A stretch of 20,569 bases of DNA from Nitrospirota bacterium (GCA_029858565.1 JAOUEV010000057.1:1-20569); one strand, 5' to 3'. Counted from the first letter of the stretch, positions 1 to 7,864 are shown. Made by a program: numbers and translations. The notes: generated from the sequence alone by a model not told the origin.

Positions 1-1
1 G

Positions 2-1174
2 GTCGAGCAGCGGGCGAATCCTGCGCTTCGGGGCAGGCCCATGGCGGTTATCGGGTCGGAGAAGCGCGGGGTCATCCTTTCCCCGTCCTATGAGGCGCGG
101 GCTTTCGGGGTCAGGACGGGCATGCAATACCATGAGGCAAAACAGCTTTGTTCGCGGATCGTGTTCGTTGCCGCCGATTCGGCGAAATATTCCCACGCCT
201 GCAAACAGCTGATCAAGATCTGGGAGCGCTTCACGCCGGTCGTTGAGCTCTTTTCGATCGACGAGGCCTTTCTGGACGTGACCGGGTGCGAAGCGCTCTT
301 CGGTGATCCCGTGCAGATCGCGGTCCGCATCAAGGAGGCGATCTGGGAGCAGGAGAAGCTGACCTGCTCCATCGGCATAGCTCCGAACAAGCTCCTTGCC
401 AAGCTCGGGAGCGATATGGTGAAGCCCGACGGCCTGGTGCTGATCTCTCCCGAGGACGTGGGGGAGGTGTTGGAGAATCTGCCGGTCAAGGAGATCTGCG
501 GCATCGGACCGAACCTGACGCGGCAGCTTTCCGCCATGGGCATCAAGACCTGCGGCGAACTGGGCAGGACCCCGCTCCAGAAGCTGACGGCGCGGTTCGG
601 CATTGTTGGCGAGCGTTTGCGGGAAATGGGACTGGGGATCGACGATTCATTGGTAGCTTCCCTGCAGGAACAGGAGTTGGAGGAGTCGAAGTCCGTGGGA
701 CACAGTATGACACTGGAGCGGGACTGCGGTGACCGGGAGGCCCTGGAGCGGCATATGCTCCAGCTTTCTGAAAAAGTCGGCAGGCGGCTTCGGCGCGGCG
801 GATACCGGGGCAGGACCGTCAGCCTCACGCTTCGCTATGCTGATTTCGAGACCTTCTCGCGCCAGAGGAAGGTGCTGCACGCCTTGAGCCACGGCCTTGA
901 TATTCATGCCGTCGTGAGCATGATATTCAGCGAGATCGACCTTGCCCAGCCGGTCCGGCTCGTGGGCGTGAGCGTGTCGGGACTGGAGCGCCACGGTACG
1001 CAGGTTCCCTTGTTCGAGTCGGAACGGAGAAGATCGTTCATCGCTCATGCCATGGACGCGATCAACGACCGGTACGGAGACTTCTCCGTGACCTGGGGCA
1101 CCCTTGCCGAGCGCTATCATCATGAACGGGTCATCTCACCGGCATGGCGGCCGGGCGGGGATAGGGAATATTAG
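2..1174 (+). CDS. dinB: DNA polymerase IV (Y-family), 5'-truncated by the window edge
   Basis: The frame is open from base 2 (VEQRANPALRGRPMAVIG, the DinB segment that follows FFAS). It carries SYEARAFGV, the catalytic SIDEAFLD, SIGIAPNKLLAKL and the little-finger KSVG...VRLVGV motifs. The ORF-track ATG at 41 is internal. Confidence 0.95.
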   Translation, partial: VEQRANPALRGRPMAVIGSEKRGVILSPSYEARAFGVRTGMQYHEAKQLCSRIVFVAADSAKYSHACKQLIKIWERFTPVVELFSIDEAFLDVTGCEALFGDPVQIAVRIKEAIWEQEKLTCSIGIAPNKLLAKLGSDMVKPDGLVLISPEDVGEVLENLPVKEICGIGPNLTRQLSAMGIKTCGELGRTPLQKLTARFGIVGERLREMGLGIDDSLVASLQEQELEESKSVGHSMTLERDCGDREALERHMLQLSEKVGRRLRRGGYRGRTVSLTLRYADFETFSRQRKVLHALSHGLDIHAVVSMIFSEIDLAQPVRLVGVSVSGLERHGTQVPLFESERRRSFIAHAMDAINDRYGDFSVTWGTLAERYHHERVISPAWRPGGDREY

Positions 1175-1209
1175 GAAGTGCAGAGTGCGGAGTGCGAAGT
1201 GCGGAATGA
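1175..1209 (+). repeat. 7-bp tandem array (GGARTGC type) immediately after the dinB stop
   Basis: Units read GAAGTGC AGAGTGC GGAGTGC GAAGTGC GGAATGA. Confidence 0.85.
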
Positions 1210-1264
1210 ACAACAAGTAACAGCATGAACAAGTAGAAATCTGAGTGCGCAATGATTTGAACAG

Positions 1265-1300
1265 CCTCGCCCTTCCTGGAGTGCGGGCGGGGTGAGGGGC
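1265..1300 (-). repeat. Degenerate BoxC-like palindromic element
   Basis: The reverse complement GCCCCTCACCCCGCCCGCACTCCAGGAAGGGCGAGG resembles the copies at 10544 and 12789. Confidence 0.55.
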
Positions 1301-1344
1301 GGCGGGAAAGAAGGCGCGGAGATAAAACCGAGCGATATGAATTT

Positions 1345-1379
1345 AATTCCGAATTCCGAATTCGGCATTCCGAATTTAA
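1345..1379 (-). repeat. 7-bp tandem array in inverted orientation just before lexA
   Basis: Units read AATTCCG AATTCCG AATTCGG CATTCCG AATTTAA, the reverse complement of CGGAATT/CGGAATG units. Confidence 0.8.
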
Positions 1380-1392
1380 AAGGGGGTATCTG

Positions 1393-2007
1393 ATGAGCAC
1401 TTCCATCACAGAACGACAACAGGAGATATATGACTTCATCAGGGATGTGGTGACGGAGCGGAGCATGCCGCCGACCATGCGGGAGATCGGGGAGCACTTC
1501 AGGATCCGGTCGACCAACGGCGTGGAGAAGCATCTCGCAGCTCTGGAGAAAAGCGGGCTCATTGTTCGGGAACGGGGCAAGTCCCGGGGCATCACGCTGC
1601 CGGGAACTGAACGGAAGAACCTCGTCACCATCCCGTTGCTCGGCCGCGTCGCGGCGGGCATGCCGGTCCTTGCGCCGGAGAACCGGGAAGGAGACATCAC
1701 CGTGGATTTCTCGCTCTTCGCCATGCGGACATCGGACAAGGTCTTTGCCCTGGCGGTACGCGGCGAGAGCATGATCGAGGCGCATATCATGGACGGGGAC
1801 ACGGTGCTGGTGAAGGAACAGCCGACCGCCCGGAACGGCGACATCGTGGTTGCCATGACCGAGGGAGAGGCCACGGTAAAGCGGTTCTATCGCGAGGGTC
1901 AGAAGGTACGGCTCCAGCCGGAGAACAGGACCATGAAACCGCTGATGTTCGACAAGGGAGACCTGCGCATCATCGGAAAGGTCGTGGGTATGCTGCGGAA
2001 GGTGTGA
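1393..2007 (+). CDS. lexA: SOS repressor LexA
   Basis: N-terminal wHTH (TERQQEIYDFI...PPTMREIGEHF...HLAALEKSGLI), Ala-Gly cleavage site (GRVAAG), catalytic Ser (VRGESM) and Lys (ATVKR). A G-rich RBS lies upstream. Confidence 0.97.
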   Translation: MSTSITERQQEIYDFIRDVVTERSMPPTMREIGEHFRIRSTNGVEKHLAALEKSGLIVRERGKSRGITLPGTERKNLVTIPLLGRVAAGMPVLAPENREGDITVDFSLFAMRTSDKVFALAVRGESMIEAHIMDGDTVLVKEQPTARNGDIVVAMTEGEATVKRFYREGQKVRLQPENRTMKPLMFDKGDLRIIGKVVGMLRKV

Positions 2008-2154
2008 GGCAATTCTTTTAGAATCGGCATGTGAAGAATTGTTTTGACGGGAATTGCCACAAAATGGTCTTTTCTTCCAGCGCCCCTTTGCCCATTATCT
2101 ATAAAAGGATCAATTTGACGGAGTAGGAAGATTAGTTGACAAATATTTAGAACT

Positions 2155-2178
2155 CTCAGCGTCTCCGCGTCTCTGCGG
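2155..2178. repeat. 8-bp tandem array
   Basis: Units read CTCAGCGT CTCCGCGT CTCTGCGG. Confidence 0.6.
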
Positions 2179-2283
2179 TGAATACCGGATGTAAAAGAGA
2201 AGGCCCTTCTCCCCTTTCGGCACGTGCTGTCGATCTATCGTAATAACAGATAGTAAAACATAGTATTAATCGATATTAGGTAT

Positions 2284-2312
2284 TTGACCGCGCGAGGGCT
2301 CCATGCTATGTT
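2284..2312 (+). promoter_or_regulatory. Putative sigma70 promoter of selD-yedF
   Basis: TTGACC (2284-2289), 17-bp spacer, TATGTT (2307-2312), with an extended -10 TG at 2304-2305. Confidence 0.55.
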
Positions 2313-2345
2313 CTCCAATATGTCAATGCGTTACGGGGGGTGCCG

Positions 2346-3392
2346 GTGACCGACGATCGAATAAAACCGCAGGTCAAACTTACCTCGATGAGCCACGGCG
2401 CAGGCTGAGCCTGCAAGCTCGGTCCGCAGGTCGTGGACCATATCAGGCGGGCGCTGCCGCCGCTGACCGATCCCCGGGTGCTCGTGAGCACCGAAGACGA
2501 TGCCGGTGTGTACAGGATCAGCGATGACACGGCGATCGTGCAGACCGTGGATTTCTTCACACCCATTGTGGATGATCCCTATGACTTCGGCGCCATTGCC
2601 GCGGCGAACGCACTTTCGGACGTCTATGCCATGGGCGCGCGTCCGGTGACCGCCATGAACCTGCTCGCGTTCCCGAAGGACGGTGATCTGGATGTGCTGT
2701 CCGAGATCCTTCGCGGCGGAGCTGAAGTGGCGACAGCCGCCGGAGTGAGCATCATCGGCGGTCATTCGATCGACGATCGCGAGCCAAAATACGGCATGGC
2801 AGTGACCGGTGTGGTCCATCCCGGGAAATTGGCTTTAAAATCCGGTGCAAGGCCGGGCGATGTGCTGGTGCTGACCAAGCCGCTGGGCACCGGGATCATA
2901 GCAACGGCTATCAAGGCGGGCCGTGTTGACAAGGGCATCATCAACGAAGCGGTAATGCATATGAAGACGCTGAACCGATCTGCAGCAGAGGCCATGATCG
3001 AGGTCGGCGTACGCGGTGCGACGGACATCACCGGCTTTGGTCTACTGGGTCATCTCCTGGAACTTGTTCAGCGAAGCGGGGTCGGAGCGCGATTATCCTT
3101 GTCCGACATCCCCGTCATGGCAGGCGTGCGTGACCTGGCGAGCTTCAGCGTGCCCGGAGGAACGCGTTCCAACCTCCGCGCTGTCAGTGGCAGTGTCGGC
3201 TGGGGAGTGGGCATTAGCGAGCATGATAAACTTATCCTTGCCGATGCCCAGACATCGGGCGGACTGTTGATCGCTGTTGCCGCGGACAAGGTCAGGCTCC
3301 TGCTTGCGGGACTGGAAGCCCGCGACGTCAGCACCAGGGCGGTGATCGGCAGGCTTAGTGCAGAGGAACCGGGAACAATAGTGATCGAATGA
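2346..3392 (+). CDS. selD: Selenide, water dikinase (selenophosphate synthetase), selenocysteine-containing
   Basis: Extending the 2433 ORF upstream through the in-frame TGA at 2406-2408 gives MTDDRIKPQVKLTSMSHGAG-U-ACKLGPQ, the SelD catalytic G-(C/U)-x-C-K motif. The body has DDAGVY, QTVDFFTPIVDDP, NALSDVYAMG, GGHS, TDITGFGLLGH and DAQTSGGLL. GTG 2346 follows a GGGGGG RBS (GTG 2340 is an alternative start). Confidence 0.93.
2406..2439 (+). promoter_or_regulatory. Sec codon plus bacterial SECIS hairpin
   Basis: UGA at 2406-2408. The stem GGUCCGC (2421-2427) pairs with GUGGACC (2433-2439) with one G-U pair. The apical loop AGGUC has G at its second position and is separated from the UGA by 19 nt. 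Confidence 0.8.
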
Positions 3393-3433
3393 CAGAATTA
3401 AGATGACGGAAGCGCTGCCAAAGGAGTGAATAG

Positions 3434-4027
3434 ATGCTTGTCGATGCACGAGGTTGTGGTTGTCCTCAACCGGTCATAATGACCGATGAGGCCCTTTCGA
3501 AGATCAACGAGGGCATCGTCAATGTGCTGGTGGATAACGAGGAGTCCGCGCTCAATGTAGCGGGATATGCGGCGCAGAACGGCCTGCTCTCTGAAACGAC
3601 GCGAGAGGGGAGCGACTGGAAGGTCAGGATCGTGAAGGGATATGCATGTAAGCCGAACGGGGAATTGGGAATGCGGAATGGGGAATTAAAGAAAAAGACC
3701 TTGCTTCTCATCATCGGGACCGATTCGCTCGGCAAGGACGAGACGCTCGGACGGATGCTGATGAAGGGGTTCCTCGAGACCATGAAGGTGCACAAGCAGA
3801 TCCCCCATACGATGTTCTTTCTGAACGCCGGCGTACGATTGACGACCACGAATGGCGATACTGTGCCCATCCTGCAGGAGATCGCAGCTCTTGGTACGGA
3901 GATATACTCCTGCGGCACCTGTCTGAAGCACTATGAACTCGAATCCCAGGTCCAAGTGGGCAACCGGGGGACTACGAACCTCATGGTAGAAGGTGTGCAG
4001 GATTTCGATAAAGTGGTCTGGATCTGA
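3434..4027 (+). CDS. yedF: Sulfurtransferase-like selenium metabolism protein YedF (TusA/SirA + DsrE domains)
   Basis: N-terminal TusA motif VDARGCGCPQPVI and C-terminal DsrE-like FFLNAGVRL...YSCGTCL. RBS AAGGAG; adjacent to selD as is typical. Confidence 0.88.
   Translation: MLVDARGCGCPQPVIMTDEALSKINEGIVNVLVDNEESALNVAGYAAQNGLLSETTREGSDWKVRIVKGYACKPNGELGMRNGELKKKTLLLIIGTDSLGKDETLGRMLMKGFLETMKVHKQIPHTMFFLNAGVRLTTTNGDTVPILQEIAALGTEIYSCGTCLKHYELESQVQVGNRGTTNLMVEGVQDFDKVVWI
3654..3688 (+). repeat. 7-bp tandem array inside the yedF interdomain linker
   Basis: Units read CGAACGG GGAATTG GGAATGC GGAATGG GGAATTA and are translated as part of KPNGELGMRNGELK. Confidence 0.75.
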
Positions 4028-4040
4028 AGGCGTCGGAAAA

Positions 4041-4095
4041 GCAAGCTGTACGTGGTAAGCGATAAGCTATAAGCGATAAGCTATAAGCAGAACAG
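4041..4095 (+). repeat. 7-bp tandem array (RTAAGCN type) after the yedF stop
   Basis: Units read GCAAGCT GTACGTG GTAAGCG ATAAGCT ATAAGCG ATAAGCT ATAAGCA GAACAG. Confidence 0.85.
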
Positions 4096-4224
4096 GTCTA
4101 TATTGTATTTCATCCGCTATAATCAGACGTCTCGCCTGCCTTATCAGTGTCTAGCACGATTCGATAATTAAATCAGCAAGATAGATCGCTGTGAGTTGTT
4201 CGATTTTCCATCCCCATAATCCCA

Positions 4225-4262
4225 TTGACAAATACATAAAAACATCATAATGTTTGCATGTA
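4225..4262 (+). promoter_or_regulatory. Sigma70 promoter overlapped by an inverted repeat (putative ArsR operator)
   Basis: TTGACA at 4225-4230 with TAATGT 17 bp downstream (4248-4253). The palindrome TACAT-aa-AAACAT-cata-ATGTTT-gc-ATGTA spans 4233-4262. Confidence 0.7.
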
Positions 4263-4308
4263 AATGTTCTGCGTCATCAAGCTTGTACTAGAGGAGGGCG
4301 GGACCATC

Positions 4309-4650
4309 ATGATCCCCTTGGAAAAACGCCTCGAACTCCTGAAGGTCATAGCCCATCCTATCCGCATCAAGATCCTCGAAGACCTGACGCAGGGCGTCAA
4401 ATGCGTGAGCGATTTTGAAGAGTCCCTGGACATCAGCCAGCCCAATGTATCCCAGCATCTCAAACTGCTCCGTTCCCATGGGGTCGTGGATTTCTTCGTG
4501 GACGGCCGCCTTAAATGCTATTTCCTGAAGGAGCCGTTCATCCCCGATCTCGTACAGCTCCTGAAAAAAGAATATGACGATGATATTCCGGCGCCGGCCT
4601 GCTGTCCGGTGACCAAGAAGGGGACCTATCCCGGAGAGAGGAGACGATGA
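4309..4650 (+). CDS. ArsR/SmtB-family transcriptional regulator with C-terminal Cys-Cys
   Basis: LKVIAHPIRIKIL...CVSD...ISQPNVSQHLKLLR winged HTH. RBS GAGGAGG at 4291-4297 favours ATG 4309 over 4264. The tail reads PACCPVTKKG. Confidence 0.9.
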   Translation: MIPLEKRLELLKVIAHPIRIKILEDLTQGVKCVSDFEESLDISQPNVSQHLKLLRSHGVVDFFVDGRLKCYFLKEPFIPDLVQLLKKEYDDDIPAPACCPVTKKGTYPGERRR

Positions 4651-4715
4651 TGAAAAAGCGCATGATAACGTTGTATCTGAACGATCCCATGAAAGACAAA
4701 TACACGAAGCAGTAA
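4647..4715 (+). CDS. Putative 22-aa small ORF (MMKKRMITLYLNDPMKDKYTKQ)
   Basis: ATGA overlap with the arsR stop, GAGGAG RBS at 4638-4643, and a stop just before the sqr RBS. No recognisable homology. Confidence 0.3.
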   Translation: MMKKRMITLYLNDPMKDKYTKQ

Positions 4716-4732
4716 ATCCTGGGGAGGATAGA

Positions 4733-5923
4733 ATGCCAAAGATCGTTGTCTTGGGAGGGTCGTTCGGCGGATTGACCGCGGCCTTTGAACTTAAACGGCT
4801 GCTTGGAAGCAAAGCGGAAGTTACCGTGGTGAGCGATGATGACCGGTTCGTGTTCCTGCCGTCGCTGCCGTGGCTCATCATGGGGTGGCGGAAACCCGGG
4901 GACATCACGCTCCGGGTCAGCGAGATCCTGAGGCCCAAGGGGATCGGGTTTGTTCACGATGGGGCGAAACTGGTCGATGCCGATGCTTCGAAGGTCATCA
5001 CCGTAAAAGGCAATGAGCTTCCGTACGATCATCTTGTCATATCGACCGGTCCCTCACTGGCATTTAACGAGATCCCCGGTCTCGGACCGGAACAGGGATA
5101 TACTTCCTGCGCCTTTACCCTCGACCACGCTGTCAAGACCGGAGAGATCTGGAAGAGTGTTTTGGAAAAGCCCGGCCCCATCGTGCTGGGATCAACGCAG
5201 ATGGTCTCCTGCTTCGGTCCCTCCTACGAGCTTGCCTTTGAGATGGATCATGAACTTCGCAAACGGAAGATGCGCCACAAGGTCCCGATCCTTTATCTCA
5301 CCTCGGAACCCTATCTCGGCCACATGGGCATCGGGGGCCTGGGGGCCTCGAAGCTCTGCATGGAGACGGAATTCGCTGAAAAGGACATCAAGCCGCTGGT
5401 GAATCAGGCGATCCAGGAGGTCGTTCCCAACGAGATCCGGCTGAAGGACGGGACGAAGATCCCTTTCAAACTGGCCATGATAGCTCCGCCGTTCAAGGGA
5501 GTACCCGCCGTAGCTCCCCTGGGGAATCCCCGGGGCTTCATTCCTGTGGACAAGAACTACCGGCACGCAAAATACAAAAATGTTTTTGCTATCGGCGTGG
5601 CCATCGCCATTGCGCCGCCTGAAGCCACGCCGGTGCCCACGGGGGTTCCCAAGACCGGGTACATGACCGTGAAGATGGCAAAGACCGCGGCAGCGACCAT
5701 TCTGTCCGACATTACAGGGAAGACGCCGCCCCAGGCGGACGAGCTCAGCGTTGTCTGTCTCATGGACATGGGGAATACCGCGGCGCTGATGAAAGCCTAT
5801 CCGGTGCTGCCCCCGCGCCAAAGCTCCTATACGAAGAAAGCGATCTGGGCGAAGTGGCTGAAGTTCGGATTTGAACGGTACTTTCTGTGGAAAATGAAGC
5901 AGGGGCTGAGCCAACTGCCGTGA
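4733..5923 (+). CDS. sqr: Sulfide:quinone oxidoreductase
   Basis: Rossmann motif VVLGGSFGGL, YDHLVISTG, SCFGPSYE, GFIPVD, VPTGVPKTGYM and VCLMDMG. The three SQR-type cysteines are present (TSCAF, SCFGP, VVCLM). Confidence 0.88.
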   Translation: MPKIVVLGGSFGGLTAAFELKRLLGSKAEVTVVSDDDRFVFLPSLPWLIMGWRKPGDITLRVSEILRPKGIGFVHDGAKLVDADASKVITVKGNELPYDHLVISTGPSLAFNEIPGLGPEQGYTSCAFTLDHAVKTGEIWKSVLEKPGPIVLGSTQMVSCFGPSYELAFEMDHELRKRKMRHKVPILYLTSEPYLGHMGIGGLGASKLCMETEFAEKDIKPLVNQAIQEVVPNEIRLKDGTKIPFKLAMIAPPFKGVPAVAPLGNPRGFIPVDKNYRHAKYKNVFAIGVAIAIAPPEATPVPTGVPKTGYMTVKMAKTAAATILSDITGKTPPQADELSVVCLMDMGNTAALMKAYPVLPPRQSSYTKKAIWAKWLKFGFERYFLWKMKQGLSQLP

Positions 5924-5928
5924 CAGGG

Positions 5929-5956
5929 GAAATGGGGAATGCCGAATGCGGAATAG
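5929..5956 (+). repeat. 7-bp tandem array after the sqr stop
   Basis: Units read GAAATGG GGAATGC CGAATGC GGAATAG. Confidence 0.75.
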
Positions 5957-6010
5957 GACTGAGGATTTCCTGTATCGTACTGCAAGACGGTCGGGTGAGA
6001 GGGGGGGACG

Positions 6011-6051
6011 CTGTACTGCTTATCGCTTAAGACTTACAGCTTACCGCTTGC
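6011..6051 (-). repeat. 7-bp tandem array (RTAAGCN type) after the transglycosylase stop
   Basis: The minus strand reads GCAAGCG GTAAGCT GTAAGTC TTAAGCG ATAAGCA GTACAG, nearly the same element as 4041-4095. Confidence 0.8.
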
Positions 6052-6071
6052 TACTGCCATGATCTGTCTTT

Positions 6072-6863
6072 TCACAGGCTCCGGCCCGTTTTCTGGCGGA
6101 GCTGTTTGTCCTGATGGTTCGAAGGATTGTCAGTGAGCAGGAGAACGCCGTCTGCGGAGTAGCCCACGTAGATCGTATGACGGGGAGCGAAGGCGGTCTC
6201 CCCGCCTTTATAGAGCTTCATGATCTTCTTGACGTAATCCCGCGTCTCCTTAAAGGGAGGAACAGTCCCCCATTTTTTCACGTTGGTCTCGCCGGCATTA
6301 TAGGCTGCAAGCGCGAGCGGGACGTTGCCCTCGTACCGCTCCAGCAGGGTACGGAGATATCTGACGCCTCCCTCGATGTTCTCGCGGGGGCTGAAGGAGT
6401 TGTTCACGTTCAGGTCGGACGCTGTCTGGGGCATGAGCTGCATGAGCCCCATGGCGCCTTTTCGCGATATGGCAAAAGGATTGAAGTCCGACTCGACCTT
6501 AACGATCGCGTGGACCAGCGAGGGATCGACGCCATGTTTTTCGCAGGCATCGTTGATGTATCGGGTATATGCGGTGGTAGGCATGCCGCTGCCGACGGTT
6601 GCGCGGGCTTCCTGTCTGACCGGCTGCTTTAAGGGGGCGGTTGCAACGGCGTCTGCTATGGATTGCTGCCGTGATTCGGAACGGATCCGGGCGTGCTGTT
6701 TTCCATTGGTTGAAGTAGGAACGTTCGTAAAGTGGACAACGCCCTTGTTATCCACGTATTCGTAAATGTCAGCGTATGCCGGCGAAAGAGAGCAGGCCAT
6801 CCACGCTGTCACCGTCAGTATGTAAAAGGGTCTTATTCTCACCTGATCGTCCCGGGATATCAC
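6072..6863 (-). CDS. Lytic transglycosylase (SLT domain) with N-terminal DUF4124-like domain and signal peptide
   Basis: AIVKVESDFNP (catalytic Glu), GAMGLMQLMP, ALAAYNAG and ETRDYV. The N-terminus reads AYA|DIYEYVDNKGVVHFTNVP. The exact start is uncertain. Confidence 0.92.
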   Translation of the reverse strand: MISRDDQVRIRPFYILTVTAWMACSLSPAYADIYEYVDNKGVVHFTNVPTSTNGKQHARIRSESRQQSIADAVATAPLKQPVRQEARATVGSGMPTTAYTRYINDACEKHGVDPSLVHAIVKVESDFNPFAISRKGAMGLMQLMPQTASDLNVNNSFSPRENIEGGVRYLRTLLERYEGNVPLALAAYNAGETNVKKWGTVPPFKETRDYVKKIMKLYKGGETAFAPRHTIYVGYSADGVLLLTDNPSNHQDKQLRQKTGRSL

Positions 6864-6926
6864 AATCGGCTTATTTTTCTACTATATCATTATTCGGCAG
6901 TGCTTACAAGAGGGAAGTGTTCAAAT

Positions 6927-6958
6927 AAAAAAGCCGGCCCACATGACATGAGCCGGCT
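6927..6958 (-). terminator. Rho-independent terminator of the hsp20 pair
   Basis: The minus strand reads AGCCGGCTCA-TGTCATG-TGGGCCGGCT followed by a T run. Confidence 0.8.
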
Positions 6959-6981
6959 GATGACAGCATATGCTAAGTCTC

Positions 6982-7386
6982 TTACGCTCCTGCCTGCACC
7001 TCGATCTTCCTTGTTTTCGCTGCCTGCGCTTTGGGGAGCACCAGCCGCAGCACACCGTTCTTTACCGTGGCTTTGATGCCGTCCCGGTCGATCTCTTCGG
7101 AGATCGTGAATGCCCGCTGGTAGTCTCCGACCCCGTATTCGGCGTAGAAGGGCCGTGACGCTTTCTGCTGCTCCGGGTCCGTCATTCCGTAGATCGTGAG
7201 CACGTTCTTTTCAAGTGAGATATCCACGGACCTCTCGTCGGTCCCCGGCATGTCCGCGGTCACGACGATCTCGTCCTTTTTCTCCAGGATGTCCACGCTT
7301 GGGGTATATGCCTTCCTGGGACGGGTGCGTTCCACGCCATCGGGCATTTCAGCCTCTTTTTTCTGCAGTTCCCTTGTCGTTGCCAT
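6982..7386 (-). CDS. Hsp20/alpha-crystallin small heat shock protein
   Basis: PSVDILE...ADMPG...YQRAFTI...ATVKNGVLRLVLPK; RBS GGAGG. Confidence 0.93.
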   Translation of the reverse strand: MATTRELQKKEAEMPDGVERTRPRKAYTPSVDILEKKDEIVVTADMPGTDERSVDISLEKNVLTIYGMTDPEQQKASRPFYAEYGVGDYQRAFTISEEIDRDGIKATVKNGVLRLVLPKAQAAKTRKIEVQAGA

Positions 7387-7399
7387 GGTCTTTCACCTC

Positions 7400-7834
7400 C
7401 TATGCTGATATCACATTGATCTTTTTGGGTTTGTCCTCTTCTGCGCGGGGAAGCGTGATCGTCAGAATCCCCTTGCTGAACCTTGCCTCCACCTTGTTCG
7501 CATTGATCAGGAAGGGGAGGTCGACCGCCCTGTTGAACGAGCCGCTCCATCGCTCGCGGCGGTGATAGGATTCCTCGTCCTTCGCCTCTTCGGGATTGCG
7601 GGAGCCCTTGAGCGTGAGGGTCTTGCCAACAACCGAGATGTCCACATCCTTGGGGTCAACGCCCGGAAGTTCGATTGTCACTTCGGCCTCGTCTCCGGTC
7701 ACCCATACGTTCACTGCGGGAAATTCCGCAGCTGCTGCGGGGACTGCCAGGTCGCGGAACAGACGCTGCATCCTGTCCAGTTCCGACCAGGGATCCCATG
7801 TTCTGTTGAACCTGCTGATATCCGACCATATCAT
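7400..7834 (-). CDS. Hsp20/alpha-crystallin small heat shock protein
   Basis: FPAVNV...ELPGVDP...YHRRERWSGSFNR...ARFSKGILTITLPR; RBS AAGGAGG. Confidence 0.94.
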   Translation of the reverse strand: MIWSDISRFNRTWDPWSELDRMQRLFRDLAVPAAAAEFPAVNVWVTGDEAEVTIELPGVDPKDVDISVVGKTLTLKGSRNPEEAKDEESYHRRERWSGSFNRAVDLPFLINANKVEARFSKGILTITLPRAEEDKPKKINVISA

Positions 7835-7864
7835 ATGTTGTTCCTCCTTCTTGTTTTATACTTA

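Noticed and set aside
1175-1379. CRISPR array interpretation of the short repeats
   Set aside because: The units are 7-8 bp, contiguous and without spacers, and there are no cas genes.
1210-1392. LexA box upstream of lexA
   Set aside because: No convincing match to the E. coli, Bacillus or Geobacter-type boxes; the CCGAATTCGG palindrome is explained by the heptamer array.
2008-2345. tRNA-Sec (selC) or riboswitch upstream of selD
   Set aside because: No cloverleaf, T-loop or known aptamer consensus was recognised by eye; an Infernal/Rfam scan would be decisive.
2433-3392. selD starting at GTG 2433, or selD as a nonsense pseudogene
   Set aside because: The upstream frame encodes the conserved catalytic motif, and the TGA sits at the Cys/Sec position with a SECIS-like hairpin.
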